Source: Candidatus Kapaibacterium sp. (GTDB taxonomy: Bacteria > Bacteroidota > Ignavibacteria > Kapaibacteriales > UBA2268). Taken from it: a DNA stretch of 64,000 nt. Position numbers and translations under genes: made by a program. Positions 51,818-61,825 of this stretch are shown here, piece by piece. How positions within the stretch are numbered: the first letter of the stretch is position 1; each line of letters starts with the position of its first letter. The notes under the pieces were generated by a model that did no database searches, had not been told where the DNA came from, and saw nothing but the letters and a program-made list of their open reading frames with translations. The stretch lies in assembly GCA_963665665.1 (NCBI GenBank), contig OY762428.1:2560001-2624000 (forward strand). The letters run 5' to 3'.

Positions 51818-52575
51818 TTAATATCTTATTTCTATACCACGTCCACCGCCAGAAGGTCGGATTTCTAATGTTGGTTCACCACTACTACTTCCCGGACGAG
51901 CTGTTACATTCCTACCATCAGGTAATACTCCTGTTTTTCCTTCTCCATGAGGTGTTTCAATCGGCCTTACATTTGAAGGGCTTAATTTATCAAAATCCTT
52001 TGCAGCCTGTTCATATCCTCCGGTTTTGTGTCTTAATGTAGTTTTACCCTTAGTTTGCCTTCCAGGGGTTGAACTGTCAATTAAATCGTCAACCGTTATA
52101 GTATCTTCATTTTCTGCATCACTTTCCGATGTACTCTCTTCAGAATCAATTTCTTCCGACTGTGAATCTTGCATGGTCAATGGTTCAACTGTAACATCTA
52201 CTGTCACGTTATCTTGCCTTGCTTCAGCGAATTGAGGATTTAAAGCAGTTTCATTTGTTATTGGAACCGGAGGCATAGGTTTAATAAAAGTAGAAGGTTT
52301 AACCGTCTGAATAACTTTCGGTGCGGTTTCTATAACCATTCGACCCATTTGCATTACAGGTTCTACTTGAATGGTTCTTGAGGATAAGATAACTGGTATT
52401 AATTGTGAGCCATTCCCATCCTCATACATCAACGGGTTATTGAGACCATACTGATACGGCGACCACTCGTAATAATCTTCCCAGAGCGGGTCAATGCTTG
52501 TGAAGCGCCCCAGGGCATAGCTGTACTTGCGCACGCCAAAGTCTCCCAGCCCGGTTTCAGCATCTTTTTCTTTGC
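51818..52575 (-). CDS. orphan RHS core tip plus C-terminal toxin domain (fragment; start uncertain)
   Basis: 'KEKDAETGL.DFGVR.Y...GRFTSIDPL...SPYQYGLNNPL.YEDGNG' RHS-associated core, then a variable C-terminus. Confidence 0.75.
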
Positions 52576-52747
52576 TCCCGACAAGTCGGGATTTCGCAAG
52601 CTCAACAATGAACGATGATTGAAACCACACAATTTCAAAGAACTGATTGTTTACGCTTTAAGTTAAGCATATTTATTATTATTTCAAAGGGATAATCTAA
52701 TAATTCATCAGCAGCGTAGCCGCAGCATTTCCCATTGTATATTCACT

Positions 52748-53647
52748 TTACCATATTTCCCATAACGGTTCTTTTTCCCAATTTTTGGGAAATCCCATCA
52801 CCGTTTTATCAATACCAGGATAATCGGAAAGCAAAGACTGAAGTTTAGATTTAAAAGTATTCCTTGTATGTACTTCATTAAGAATGTATTGCAAAATGCA
52901 AAGCAAATAATAGCTTCTATTGTTATGAATATCCCTGTTTCTTAGCCAGTAAAAATTCTTACTACTCGGAAAAACAGGCCTGATGCCAAGGCTCCTGTTC
53001 CATAAACGCGAATGATGGGCACAAATATTTCTAACATAGCTCAGGCTGTGAAGCCATGATTGTAAAACCGGATACCTAAGTTCGAAATAATCTGCAAGAA
53101 GCTGTTTGTCCGCATTATTTTTCAAATTTGAAAAATGGCGTGAAAGCCTACCGAAACTAAAAATCTCAAGGGCAATCCATGATGGAGGAAATTCAGAATC
53201 CGAATATTTTTCTTTGAAATGTTTGATAAACACTTCGTTCGAACTGCCATATTCTTTTTTAAAGTTTTCAATTGTTTTAAAAAAACAGTCAGAATCTTTG
53301 AACAGGTTTGCATTATGATACCATCCGGGGCCATATTTCTCGACGAGTGATACCGTCAGTCTTGTACGAAAGGCAATTTCAATTCGTTCTATGGCATCGA
53401 ATACCAGAAGCCTTAATTTTCGGTCGAATGAATAATTTCCGAGAATATCTTCGAATTCTGTTCCTATCATAAATTTCTGTCCTGGATCGTTCTTTACCAC
53501 GAACGGATGAAAATATGCACTAAACCTGAAATAACTTACATTTGTAAGAACACTATAAATTATTTCTCTGTCTTTTATAATCAGATTTCGTGATTTTAAA
53601 AGATTAACCTGCTCGGGAATAGTCAAATATGGTTTATCGTATTTCAT
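52748..53647 (-). CDS. Abi_2 (AbiD/AbiF) family HEPN protein
   Basis: 'KPYLTI.EQ..LL..R.L', 'YFRFSAY', 'FDR.LR.L...IERIEIAFR', 'PP.W...E..SFG', HEPN RxxxxH 'RNICAHHSRLWNR'. Confidence 0.92.
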   Translation of the reverse strand: MKYDKPYLTIPEQVNLLKSRNLIIKDREIIYSVLTNVSYFRFSAYFHPFVVKNDPGQKFMIGTEFEDILGNYSFDRKLRLLVFDAIERIEIAFRTRLTVSLVEKYGPGWYHNANLFKDSDCFFKTIENFKKEYGSSNEVFIKHFKEKYSDSEFPPSWIALEIFSFGRLSRHFSNLKNNADKQLLADYFELRYPVLQSWLHSLSYVRNICAHHSRLWNRSLGIRPVFPSSKNFYWLRNRDIHNNRSYYLLCILQYILNEVHTRNTFKSKLQSLLSDYPGIDKTVMGFPKNWEKEPLWEIW

Positions 53648-53658
53648 GGATAATAATG

Positions 53659-53701
53659 AAAAAACCCGCCAGGTTGCGCATCGGGGAGAGGCGTGGCAGG
53701 T
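53659..53701 (-). ncRNA. GC-rich leader hairpin upstream of the abi gene (abiF-RNA-motif-like)
   Basis: Minus strand ACCTGCCA-cgcctctccccgatgcgcaacc-TGGCGGGT-TTTTT, 11 nt before the ATG. Confidence 0.6.
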
Positions 53702-54599
53702 ATGTTATAACAAATATATAATATTTAATTTATTCTTCAAAGATATTTTTCAGATAGTGATACAAACTTCAGGTTTTATTAGTTATTATCAGTCCTTACA
53801 TTTTTAATACTGAAATTGTCAAAACCTTCGGAAGCATCCTGTTCAAGAACAATACGATTGATAATACCGGCGATATATAACACAAACCTTCCGAAGGTTT
53901 AATCTGCACATTTCAAAGAACTGATTGTTTACCCTTTAATTTAATCATATTTATTATTTCAAATTCTTTTTCTTCCACGCTGCCTTGGAAGTCAGATCCC
54001 ATGCAAATATACTTTTTAATCACTCTAAGTGTTGCTTAGCGAAAAAGCATTGCGAAGCGGGGCTTCACAACGAGACGAAAGCAGCGTAGCTGCGGCATTT
54101 TTGTAGTTCAATAATTAGGAATGAAAACAATAAGCCCCGTAGCTGTGGCATATCTATCTTCTGTCGCTCCTACGGAGCTCCGGAATTCCTCCATTGCCTA
54201 CCCTGCTTCGTATTTTCTTATGATATCTGCATATCCTGATTTATCGGGGACCTTCAGGAATTCCGCCAGCGGGGCAATTGGACAGAAGAAATTTTAAACA
54301 ACAAATATATTCGCTGAGCAGAAATATTCAAGGGTAAAAATGAAACATCTGTTTTCAAAAATTGATATTTCTTCCGTATATTAGCGAAATTGTATTTTCA
54401 AAGGAAATTTGCGTGGTTGGAATAAGTTATAAAAGAAATGGCAGACTCGGTGGAAGCCGGGCGCATCAGGCACGGCCTGCCGATGCTATACAGTCTTCAT
54501 TTTCAATTATCCATTCTCAATTTTCAATTTTGCCAGGCCGCCAGGGATTCAACGGGATTGTTGAGCGAAGCGAAATCCCGACTGCATTTTCATTCCATA

Positions 54600-55522
54600 A
54601 ATCTATCGGGAAGAAGGACGACGACGTGAAGAATGGTGAAGGCCAGCACTACGATTTCGGCGCCCGTGCATACGACCCCAGGGTGGGAAGGTGGTATAAG
54701 CTTGATCCAAAAGAAAGTTGTTATCCTGGATTTTCTCCCTATCACTTTGCAGCAAATAACCCAATTATCGTAATTGACCAAGATGGAGAAATCTGGAAAT
54801 TGACTTTTCGTGATGGAGACGATTCAGAGTTGCAAGCTGCTTTTGAATCAATGATTCGAAAAGTTTTTAGTGATAAAGTCATGGCTTTTCCCGCAAACGG
54901 TATTGTGGAGTTAGGATTCGTTGATGAATATACTATTGAATCATTATCTAAAGAACAACAAGAATTATATAATGTATTATTAGATGTAATTAAAGATGAG
55001 GAAAATACTGCTGTAACTCAAATTGTTTATGATGATGATAGATATTATGTTGGGTCTTATCAAAGACAACCGGGGACAGGTGATGGATGGGATGAAAGTA
55101 TAATTGATGTTGCAGACTTGGAACACTATTCTAACAACGATGATGTATTGTTTTATGCTATTGCTGTTTTGGGGCATGAAGTAATTGAAAGTTATTATAA
55201 AGCAACAGAATACGGGGTAGGCACTAGTAGAATAAACGGAAGACCTTTTTATGAGTGGGCTCATAGTGACGCCATTGAGATTGAAGAAAAAATCGGGGGA
55301 TATGAAAGAGTTGGAAATTCTTATGATGGTACAACAACTGGTCCTGATGAAAATCCAAAAATTGAAACCGGGACTTATAAAATGGTCATTCAAACCGGAG
55401 GTGGTTCTTCATTTTGGTCATTCTTTGGTCTTGATGAAAAGCCGGTTTATAAAACAATTGAAACCAATTATAAAGATGGCAAAATTGAAAACGTTACAAT
55501 CAAAGAAGGCGATACAAGATAG
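54600..55522 (+). CDS. orphan RHS core tip plus putative metallopeptidase-like toxin (fragment; start uncertain)
   Basis: 'GEGQHYDFGARAYDPRVGRWYKLDP...SPYHFAANNPIIVIDQDG', then 'VLGHEVIE...AHSDAIEIE'. The track's N-terminal extension (54362-54600) runs through REP-like DNA. Confidence 0.7.
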
Positions 55523-55547
55523 TTTATTTTAAATTTAAGGGATTTTT

Positions 55548-56018
55548 ATGTATAGATTTGTCGGCATTATATGTTTTCTCTTAATAATGATAGGATGCGC
55601 AAAAACCTATGATAAATATACAGATCCGAAGGATTATGTCTTCAAAACCGAAAGAAGAAATATACTTTGGCAATATTACCTTAGTCTTGATGATTGTGCA
55701 AAAGTAGATTTTATTGATTCAATTTATAGGGGTACTGCTGTTACGGATTCAATATCAAATGTTAGGTCACTAATCGATACCAATTTGATCGAACATTCTT
55801 GGACTGGAGAAAATTTTTATTATTGGATATTTAGAGAAATTTTATTAATTACTCGTCATGGCCCTCCGGGTGACTATAATGATTATTTGGGATTTTATTG
55901 TTATGATCCTAATCATCAAGCAGCACCGGGATATGATAACTTTGAAACATTTGATAATGATATAAAAAAGTGGAAAGAAATTTTAAATTGTATTGATACA
56001 ACAACAACGTCAAAATGA
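55548..56018 (+). CDS. lipoprotein, putative immunity protein
   Basis: Lipobox 'IMIG-C'; 25 bp after the toxin ORF. Confidence 0.65.
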   Translation: MYRFVGIICFLLIMIGCAKTYDKYTDPKDYVFKTERRNILWQYYLSLDDCAKVDFIDSIYRGTAVTDSISNVRSLIDTNLIEHSWTGENFYYWIFREILLITRHGPPGDYNDYLGFYCYDPNHQAAPGYDNFETFDNDIKKWKEILNCIDTTTTSK

Positions 56019-56072
56019 TACTCATGTAAAAATGAACCAAATTTGAAATCGAAACCATCCAAAGGACAAAAA

Positions 56073-58196
56073 ATGAAAAAATTATTTACACTTTGCATTA
56101 CAGTACTGATAATTATTATTGCAGCGGGGCGCCCTGCTGCCGGCGAAGGCAAATGGGAATGGTACAACCCCCTGCCCGGCGGCCAGCCAATACAAATGGA
56201 AAAAATTGGCGCGGATACCGCACTGGCGCTTTGCCCCTTCGGTATGCTGGTTTCAACCGACCAGGGAGAAACATGGCAGTACAAGCCGTCATTACAGGAC
56301 TATAATTTTGTTAACATGAGTATAAGCGAAACCGGTACGATATGGGCCTGCACAAGATCAGCCCTGCTGAAATCAACAAATTTTGGAGATTCATGGGAAA
56401 CTGTTAGGGATGGCCTGATACTAATTAATTATATTTATTTTATTAATGATAAAAAAGGCTTTATATTCAATGGCGATGTGGTTCATTGTACTGTGGACGG
56501 AGGACAGAACTGGGATAAAAGCAGTTTTCCTGCATTTTATGAAATTAAAAGCGTGTTCTTTATAAATGACAGTACGGGATGGGGGTGTGGATATAACGGT
56601 TGTTTCTTTAAAACCACAAATGGCGGAAAAAGCTGGGATAGCCGGTGGTTATTATATGATGGAGATATGAAAGGAATTCATTTCATTGATGAAAATAAAG
56701 GCTATATTTTTGGAAAAAACAATGCATATCCTGAAAATGGAAAGTATATATGGAGCACTAATAATTCAGGAAAAGACTGGAGCAGGTGTTTTAAAAATCA
56801 AACATCTGATTTAAATTTCGAGAACTGGGATTTTTTCGAGGACAAAGGAGTACTTACCGGACTTGATAACAAACTTATGCTATTTAACTACACATCTTTC
56901 AACCGTTGGGACTCAATCAGCTATGATCATGATGAAAGAATTACAAATATAATAATGTTCAATACGGACGTTTTTATTGGCTGGGATGCCAGGGGGCAGA
57001 TAATTAAATCAACAGACCAGGGCAAAACATGGAATATCAAATCTCAATCAATGACTTTAGATGGCTTTATAAAGGTTTATTTCCGTAATGAGAACAAGGG
57101 ATGGTTGTTAAAATGGAGTAATTTTTACTCAACAAACGATGGCGGAAAGAGCTGGACAAAAAATTCAATCGATCCAAATTACATTTATAGAGATATTGTA
57201 TTTATTGATGATAATACAGGGTTTTTAATCGCCTCGGGACATAGTAATTATTATTTATACAGAACAAAAGACGGCGGAATGAATTGGGAGGATATAACAA
57301 ATGGAAGTTACCAATATAACAGCCTTGCTGCAAGTCCGGAAGGCAAAGTCTTCGCCCTTGTTTATGATAGTAAGCTGCTGAAATCCGAAGATAAAGGAGA
57401 CAGTTGGGATGAAATCGATGTTGATTCAGTTAATTATAGCAACAAGATATATGTAGTTAACGAAGATACATATATTGTTCTTGGGAATAGTTATCCAAGT
57501 AGATTGTTGAATATAACGCGCAACGGAGGCCAGACATGGAACTATATTCTATCCAATAAAAACTCTTTCTACATAAAAGCTGTTTGTTTTATTGATGAAA
57601 ACATTGGTTTTCTTGGCGGTTCCGACGGCTGTATATATAAGACAATTAACGGTGGATATGACTGGGAAGAAAAGAACGACGGATACGCGTATTGTAATAT
57701 TCTCGATATTGATTTCAGCGATGAAAGCAATGGCTGGGCTGTTGGTGCGATGTCTGCAATTTTCGAAACAACAGACGGCGGGGAAACATGGGATAAGAAA
57801 GAAGGATCTATCGACGGGAGATATAATTCCATATATATGCTCGGTTTAAAAAGCGGTTGGATTGTTGGAGACAATGGTACGATATTGAAATACACCGGCG
57901 ATGGCAGCCCCGTGGCTGAAACTTATGTCAGTAACGAAGAGATAAGCGTTATGAACTACCCCAATCCTTTCCGGGACATGACGACGCTGCGCTTTAATTT
58001 AAAATCGGCAGCACATGTCAGCACAAAGATATACGACCTTTCCGGCCAGGTAGTAGCCGACCTTGGCAGCAAATATATCAACCCCGGCGACTACGAAATG
58101 CAATGGCAACCGGGCGGCCTGCCCTCAGGCGTTTATTTCCTTCGCATCAGCAACGGCAAAACCACAGCCGAGCGCAAGCTGATACTGGAAAGATAG
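56073..58196 (+). CDS. YCF48/BNR-repeat secreted protein with T9SS CTD
   Basis: Many 'F.DEN.GW' and 'T.DGG..W' repeats; 'NYPNPF...PSGVYFLRI...RKLIL'. Confidence 0.88.
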   Translation: MKKLFTLCITVLIIIIAAGRPAAGEGKWEWYNPLPGGQPIQMEKIGADTALALCPFGMLVSTDQGETWQYKPSLQDYNFVNMSISETGTIWACTRSALLKSTNFGDSWETVRDGLILINYIYFINDKKGFIFNGDVVHCTVDGGQNWDKSSFPAFYEIKSVFFINDSTGWGCGYNGCFFKTTNGGKSWDSRWLLYDGDMKGIHFIDENKGYIFGKNNAYPENGKYIWSTNNSGKDWSRCFKNQTSDLNFENWDFFEDKGVLTGLDNKLMLFNYTSFNRWDSISYDHDERITNIIMFNTDVFIGWDARGQIIKSTDQGKTWNIKSQSMTLDGFIKVYFRNENKGWLLKWSNFYSTNDGGKSWTKNSIDPNYIYRDIVFIDDNTGFLIASGHSNYYLYRTKDGGMNWEDITNGSYQYNSLAASPEGKVFALVYDSKLLKSEDKGDSWDEIDVDSVNYSNKIYVVNEDTYIVLGNSYPSRLLNITRNGGQTWNYILSNKNSFYIKAVCFIDENIGFLGGSDGCIYKTINGGYDWEEKNDGYAYCNILDIDFSDESNGWAVGAMSAIFETTDGGETWDKKEGSIDGRYNSIYMLGLKSGWIVGDNGTILKYTGDGSPVAETYVSNEEISVMNYPNPFRDMTTLRFNLKSAAHVSTKIYDLSGQVVADLGSKYINPGDYEMQWQPGGLPSGVYFLRISNGKTTAERKLILER

Positions 58197-58218
58197 GATA
58201 AAGAATAACATTTAACAA

Positions 58219-58254
58219 CGGCGTCCGGATATGAGATATTCGGGCGTTTTTTTT
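58219..58254 (+). terminator. intrinsic terminator
   Basis: gcgtccggat-atgagat-attcgggcgt followed by a T-run. Confidence 0.65.
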
Positions 58255-58358
58255 ATTAATTATATATGTTTTTTTGAGAAAATTGCTTGACTTGTATTTC
58301 TTTTATTAGTAATTTTATTACTCATAAAGAGTGTATTAATTATATATTAAATAGAATT

Positions 58359-58913
58359 TTGTTAGATTCACTGATAACATCCAAGACAAGAATAAAACTA
58401 CTGCTGAAATTCTTCCTGAATCCCGGCACAAGGGCATATCTGCGAGGTTTGGCAGAAGAGTTTGACGAATCGACAAATGCCGTCCGGGTAGAGCTGAACC
58501 GATTGTCGGAGGCAGGCCTGCTGGATTCCGAGAACGAGGGCAGAACAAAAATCTATACTGTTAATCAAAACAATCCGCTTTTCCCGGAAATTCATACCAT
58601 GGTAAAAAAATACCTTGGTATTGATATTGTAGAGGAAGCCGTAAACCGCCTTGGCAACGTCGAGGCAGCCTTTATAACCGGCGATTATGCCAAAGGCCGT
58701 GACAGCGGAATAATTGACCTGGTAGTGGTTGGGCATATAAACAAAACATATCTGGATGAACTAACAGGCATAGCGGAAAAAGAAATTAAAAGAAAAATCA
58801 GAGTACTGATACTGAAAAAAGAAGAACTGGATATTTACAAAGAAAAACTAAACATAAAAAAATCACTACTGATCTGGAATAAGGACATGAGGAAAGATAA
58901 TGAAAAAGGATGA
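58359..58913 (+). CDS. wHTH (ArsR-like) plus minimal nucleotidyltransferase protein heading the glycan locus
   Basis: 'LITSKTRIKLLLKFFLNP...YLRGLAEEF.ESTNAVRVELNRL' and 'TGDYA.G.DS..IDLVVVG'. TTG start inferred. Confidence 0.8.
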   Translation: MLDSLITSKTRIKLLLKFFLNPGTRAYLRGLAEEFDESTNAVRVELNRLSEAGLLDSENEGRTKIYTVNQNNPLFPEIHTMVKKYLGIDIVEEAVNRLGNVEAAFITGDYAKGRDSGIIDLVVVGHINKTYLDELTGIAEKEIKRKIRVLILKKEELDIYKEKLNIKKSLLIWNKDMRKDNEKG

Positions 58914-59796
58914 TCAGCCCGGAAATATTGTTCAGCTAATTAAGCCTCGAAAAGGAATTTTCGATATTGATTTTGCTGAATTATGGCGTTTCAGGGAGTT
59001 ATTCTTCACCCTTGTTTGGCGCGATGTAAAAGTAAAATACAAGCAAACCCTTCTTGGCGCTGCCTGGGCAGTATTAGTTCCATTTATCCAGATGGTAGTT
59101 TTTACTTTTATATTCAATCGCCTGGCCAAGCTGCCAACTGACGGAGTAAACCCACAGGTTTTCTATTTCAGCGGCCTGATATTATGGACATATTTTTCAA
59201 CGGCGGTAACAATGTCCAGCAACAGCCTGGTTGCCAATCAGCAATTTCTAACAAAGATATATTTTCCCCGGCTTATACTGCCTGTATCGCCGTCCTTATC
59301 AGCGTTGGTAGATTTTGTAATAGCATTCGTTATTTTATGTGTTCTGATGGCAATATATGGTATAGCTGTTAATTTTGCGGTGCTTTTCCTTCCGTTTTTT
59401 ATAATAATAGCATTGCTTTCGGCTTCAGGAACGGGCATGTTTTTTTCGGCACTTAATATTAAATACAGGGATATACGTATAGTAATGCCGTTTATATTGC
59501 AAATATGGATGTACGGAACGGTTATTATGCCTTTTAGTAAAATTCCCGAATCCTGGGGAGCCTGGCGTTATTTATACGGGCTAAACCCGATGTCAGGTGC
59601 AATAGAAGGCTTCCGCTGGTCGCTTTTGAACAGCGGAATGAGCCGTGAAAAAATAATTGACGGCGTTTCTACCCAGGCAGCAATTCCTGCTCCTGTTGAA
59701 CTAATAGCAATAAGTACATTGGCTGCGCTATTGTTTTTTTCATTAGGTTTTTTATATTTTAAAAGATTAGAAGATACTTTCGCGGATATAGTGTAA
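58900..59796 (+). CDS. wzm: polysaccharide ABC transporter permease
   Basis: 'ELWRFRELF..LVWRDVKVKYKQT.LG.AW', 'KIYFPR', 'YRDI', 'LNPM'. Confidence 0.92.
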   Translation: MKKDDQPGNIVQLIKPRKGIFDIDFAELWRFRELFFTLVWRDVKVKYKQTLLGAAWAVLVPFIQMVVFTFIFNRLAKLPTDGVNPQVFYFSGLILWTYFSTAVTMSSNSLVANQQFLTKIYFPRLILPVSPSLSALVDFVIAFVILCVLMAIYGIAVNFAVLFLPFFIIIALLSASGTGMFFSALNIKYRDIRIVMPFILQIWMYGTVIMPFSKIPESWGAWRYLYGLNPMSGAIEGFRWSLLNSGMSREKIIDGVSTQAAIPAPVELIAISTLAALLFFSLGFLYFKRLEDTFADIV

Positions 59797-61079
59797 TGGG
59801 AAATATAGCAATAGAAACAAGAAATCTGGGAAAACGCTACAAACTGGGTATGACGTTAAGTATGACAAATACCCTTAGGGATTCTATTGTCAGCCTGCCG
59901 GGAATGTTAAAGAACAAACTTACACAGAAAAGAGAAAAACCGGAAGTGTTCGATCCCGATACGCCTCCCGGAACATTCTGGGCATTGAAGGATATTGACC
60001 TGGATATCAATCACGGGGATGTAGTTGGTATTATCGGCCGTAACGGGTCGGGAAAGTCAACACTGCTTAAAGTACTTTCCAGAATAACAACGCCAACCCG
60101 CGGCAAAGCAAAAATTCACGGGCGTGTGGGGTCGCTTCTTGAAGTCGGCACGGGATTCCATCCCGAGCTTTCGGGCCGGGAAAATATTTATCTTAACGGT
60201 TCGATTCTTGGGATGAGCAAAGCAGAGATTGACCGTAAGTTTGATGAAATCGTTGATTTCTCCGAGATCGAAAAATTCCTTGATACACCTATCAAGCGTT
60301 ATTCCAGCGGGATGACCGTTCGTTTGGCATTTGCCGTGGCTGCCCACCTGGAACCAGAGATATTAATAGTAGACGAAGTCCTTGCAGTGGGCGACGCAGC
60401 CTTCCAGAAAAAAAGCCTCGGCAAGATGAAAGACGTCAGCCGCGAGGGCCGCACTGTACTCTTCGTAAGCCACAACATGGCAGCGGTAAAGAACCTGTGC
60501 GAGAAGGGAATATGGCTGAACGGGGGGAGGATGGAGTTTTGGGGAGATATGGGAGAAGTGATTAATAAGTATATGGAAGAAAGCGGAAATAATTCAACCA
60601 ATAAATTCCAAAACCCGGTAATCCGTGAAGAAGATGAAACAAAATTGGAAAAGCCCTATATCAAAGAAGTGATAATGACTGATAAAAATGGAAAATTAGC
60701 CAATTCGTTCAGTAGTACCGATGAAATACACCTAACTTTGAAAATTGAAAATGAGAACAACAATATTGGAGATTTCAATGCGGTTTGGTTTTTGAAAAAT
60801 GATATTGATAAAATTGCAAGTTCGGGAGCCTATCAATTACAAAACATACAGTTTAACTCACAAATTAAAGAAATAAATTGTATTATATATCCGGAAGCTT
60901 TAGTACCTGGTAATTATTCCATTGGTTTTGATTTACAAAAAATAAGAGTTAAAACTTTAGATCATTGGGATAAAGCAATAACATTTCTAATAACAGAAAA
61001 TGATTATTACAATTCCGGTTTTAATTACCCGGGTGCATGGAATGACGGAATGTTTGTTAGAAACAAATGGATAAAATAA
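59796..61079 (+). CDS. wzt: polysaccharide ABC transporter ATPase with Wzt C-terminal domain
   Basis: 'GRNGSGKST', 'YSSGM..RLAFAVA', 'DEVLAVGD', plus a C-terminal extension. Confidence 0.93.
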   Translation: MGNIAIETRNLGKRYKLGMTLSMTNTLRDSIVSLPGMLKNKLTQKREKPEVFDPDTPPGTFWALKDIDLDINHGDVVGIIGRNGSGKSTLLKVLSRITTPTRGKAKIHGRVGSLLEVGTGFHPELSGRENIYLNGSILGMSKAEIDRKFDEIVDFSEIEKFLDTPIKRYSSGMTVRLAFAVAAHLEPEILIVDEVLAVGDAAFQKKSLGKMKDVSREGRTVLFVSHNMAAVKNLCEKGIWLNGGRMEFWGDMGEVINKYMEESGNNSTNKFQNPVIREEDETKLEKPYIKEVIMTDKNGKLANSFSSTDEIHLTLKIENENNNIGDFNAVWFLKNDIDKIASSGAYQLQNIQFNSQIKEINCIIYPEALVPGNYSIGFDLQKIRVKTLDHWDKAITFLITENDYYNSGFNYPGAWNDGMFVRNKWIK

Positions 61080-61825
61080 TGAATTTTATTACAAAATTAT
61101 TCAATTGGGATATATCAACCCGTTATTTCAGCAACATCCGTTTGCGAATTATTTTTAAAATATGGAGAGAAAATAGAAAAAAAGCAACTCTATCTCCGAA
61201 CTATAATAAAATATTTTGCATAGGTTTTAATAAAACCGCAACAACTTCAGTAGAAACTGCATTTTCAGAAATGGGTTTCAAAGTAGGATCTCATAAATTA
61301 GCAGCCATGCTAACGGAGGAAGTTTGTGATGGAAGATACGACAGACTGATAAATTTTTGCAAAACATCAGATGCTTTTCAGGATGAACCATTTAGCTTGC
61401 CGGATATATATAAAGTATTAGATAAAAATTTTCCGAATTCAAAGTTTATTCTTACAATAAGAGATAATGAAGAACAATGGTATAATTCTCTATGTAAATT
61501 TCATACAAAATTATTATCTGAAGATAAAACACGTTTACCTAATGAAAGGGAACTTGAAAGCTGGCAATATATTTATGAAGGATATTTATTTATGAGCCAT
61601 AAAAAAAGATTTCCGTGTAAGAAATTATATGATAAAAATTTTTACCAGGCAATATATTTGAAGCATATACAAGATGTAAAAAACTATTTTTCTGACAGAG
61701 CTGAGTAGTTATTAGTAATCAATATAGCCCAAAAAGGCAGTTATCAAAAGCTCGCAACATTTTTAGATGTTGAAGTGAATAAAAACAAAGATTTTCCTTG
61801 GCTTAACAGGACTGATAAAATATGA
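61079..61825 (+). pseudogene. sulfotransferase-family gene interrupted by an in-frame TAG at 61706-61708
   Basis: 'KIFCIGFNKTATTS', 'FPNSKFILTIR...WYNS'. After the TAG the frame continues LLVINIAQKGSYQKLATFLD...DFPWLNRTDKI to a TGA overlapping the next ATG. Confidence 0.75.

Noticed and set aside
54362-54600. N-terminal 80 aa of the track ORF 54362..55522
   Set aside because: Translates REP-like palindromes and heptamer-like (ttttcaa) repeats; resemblance to a protein family starts only at the RHS core.
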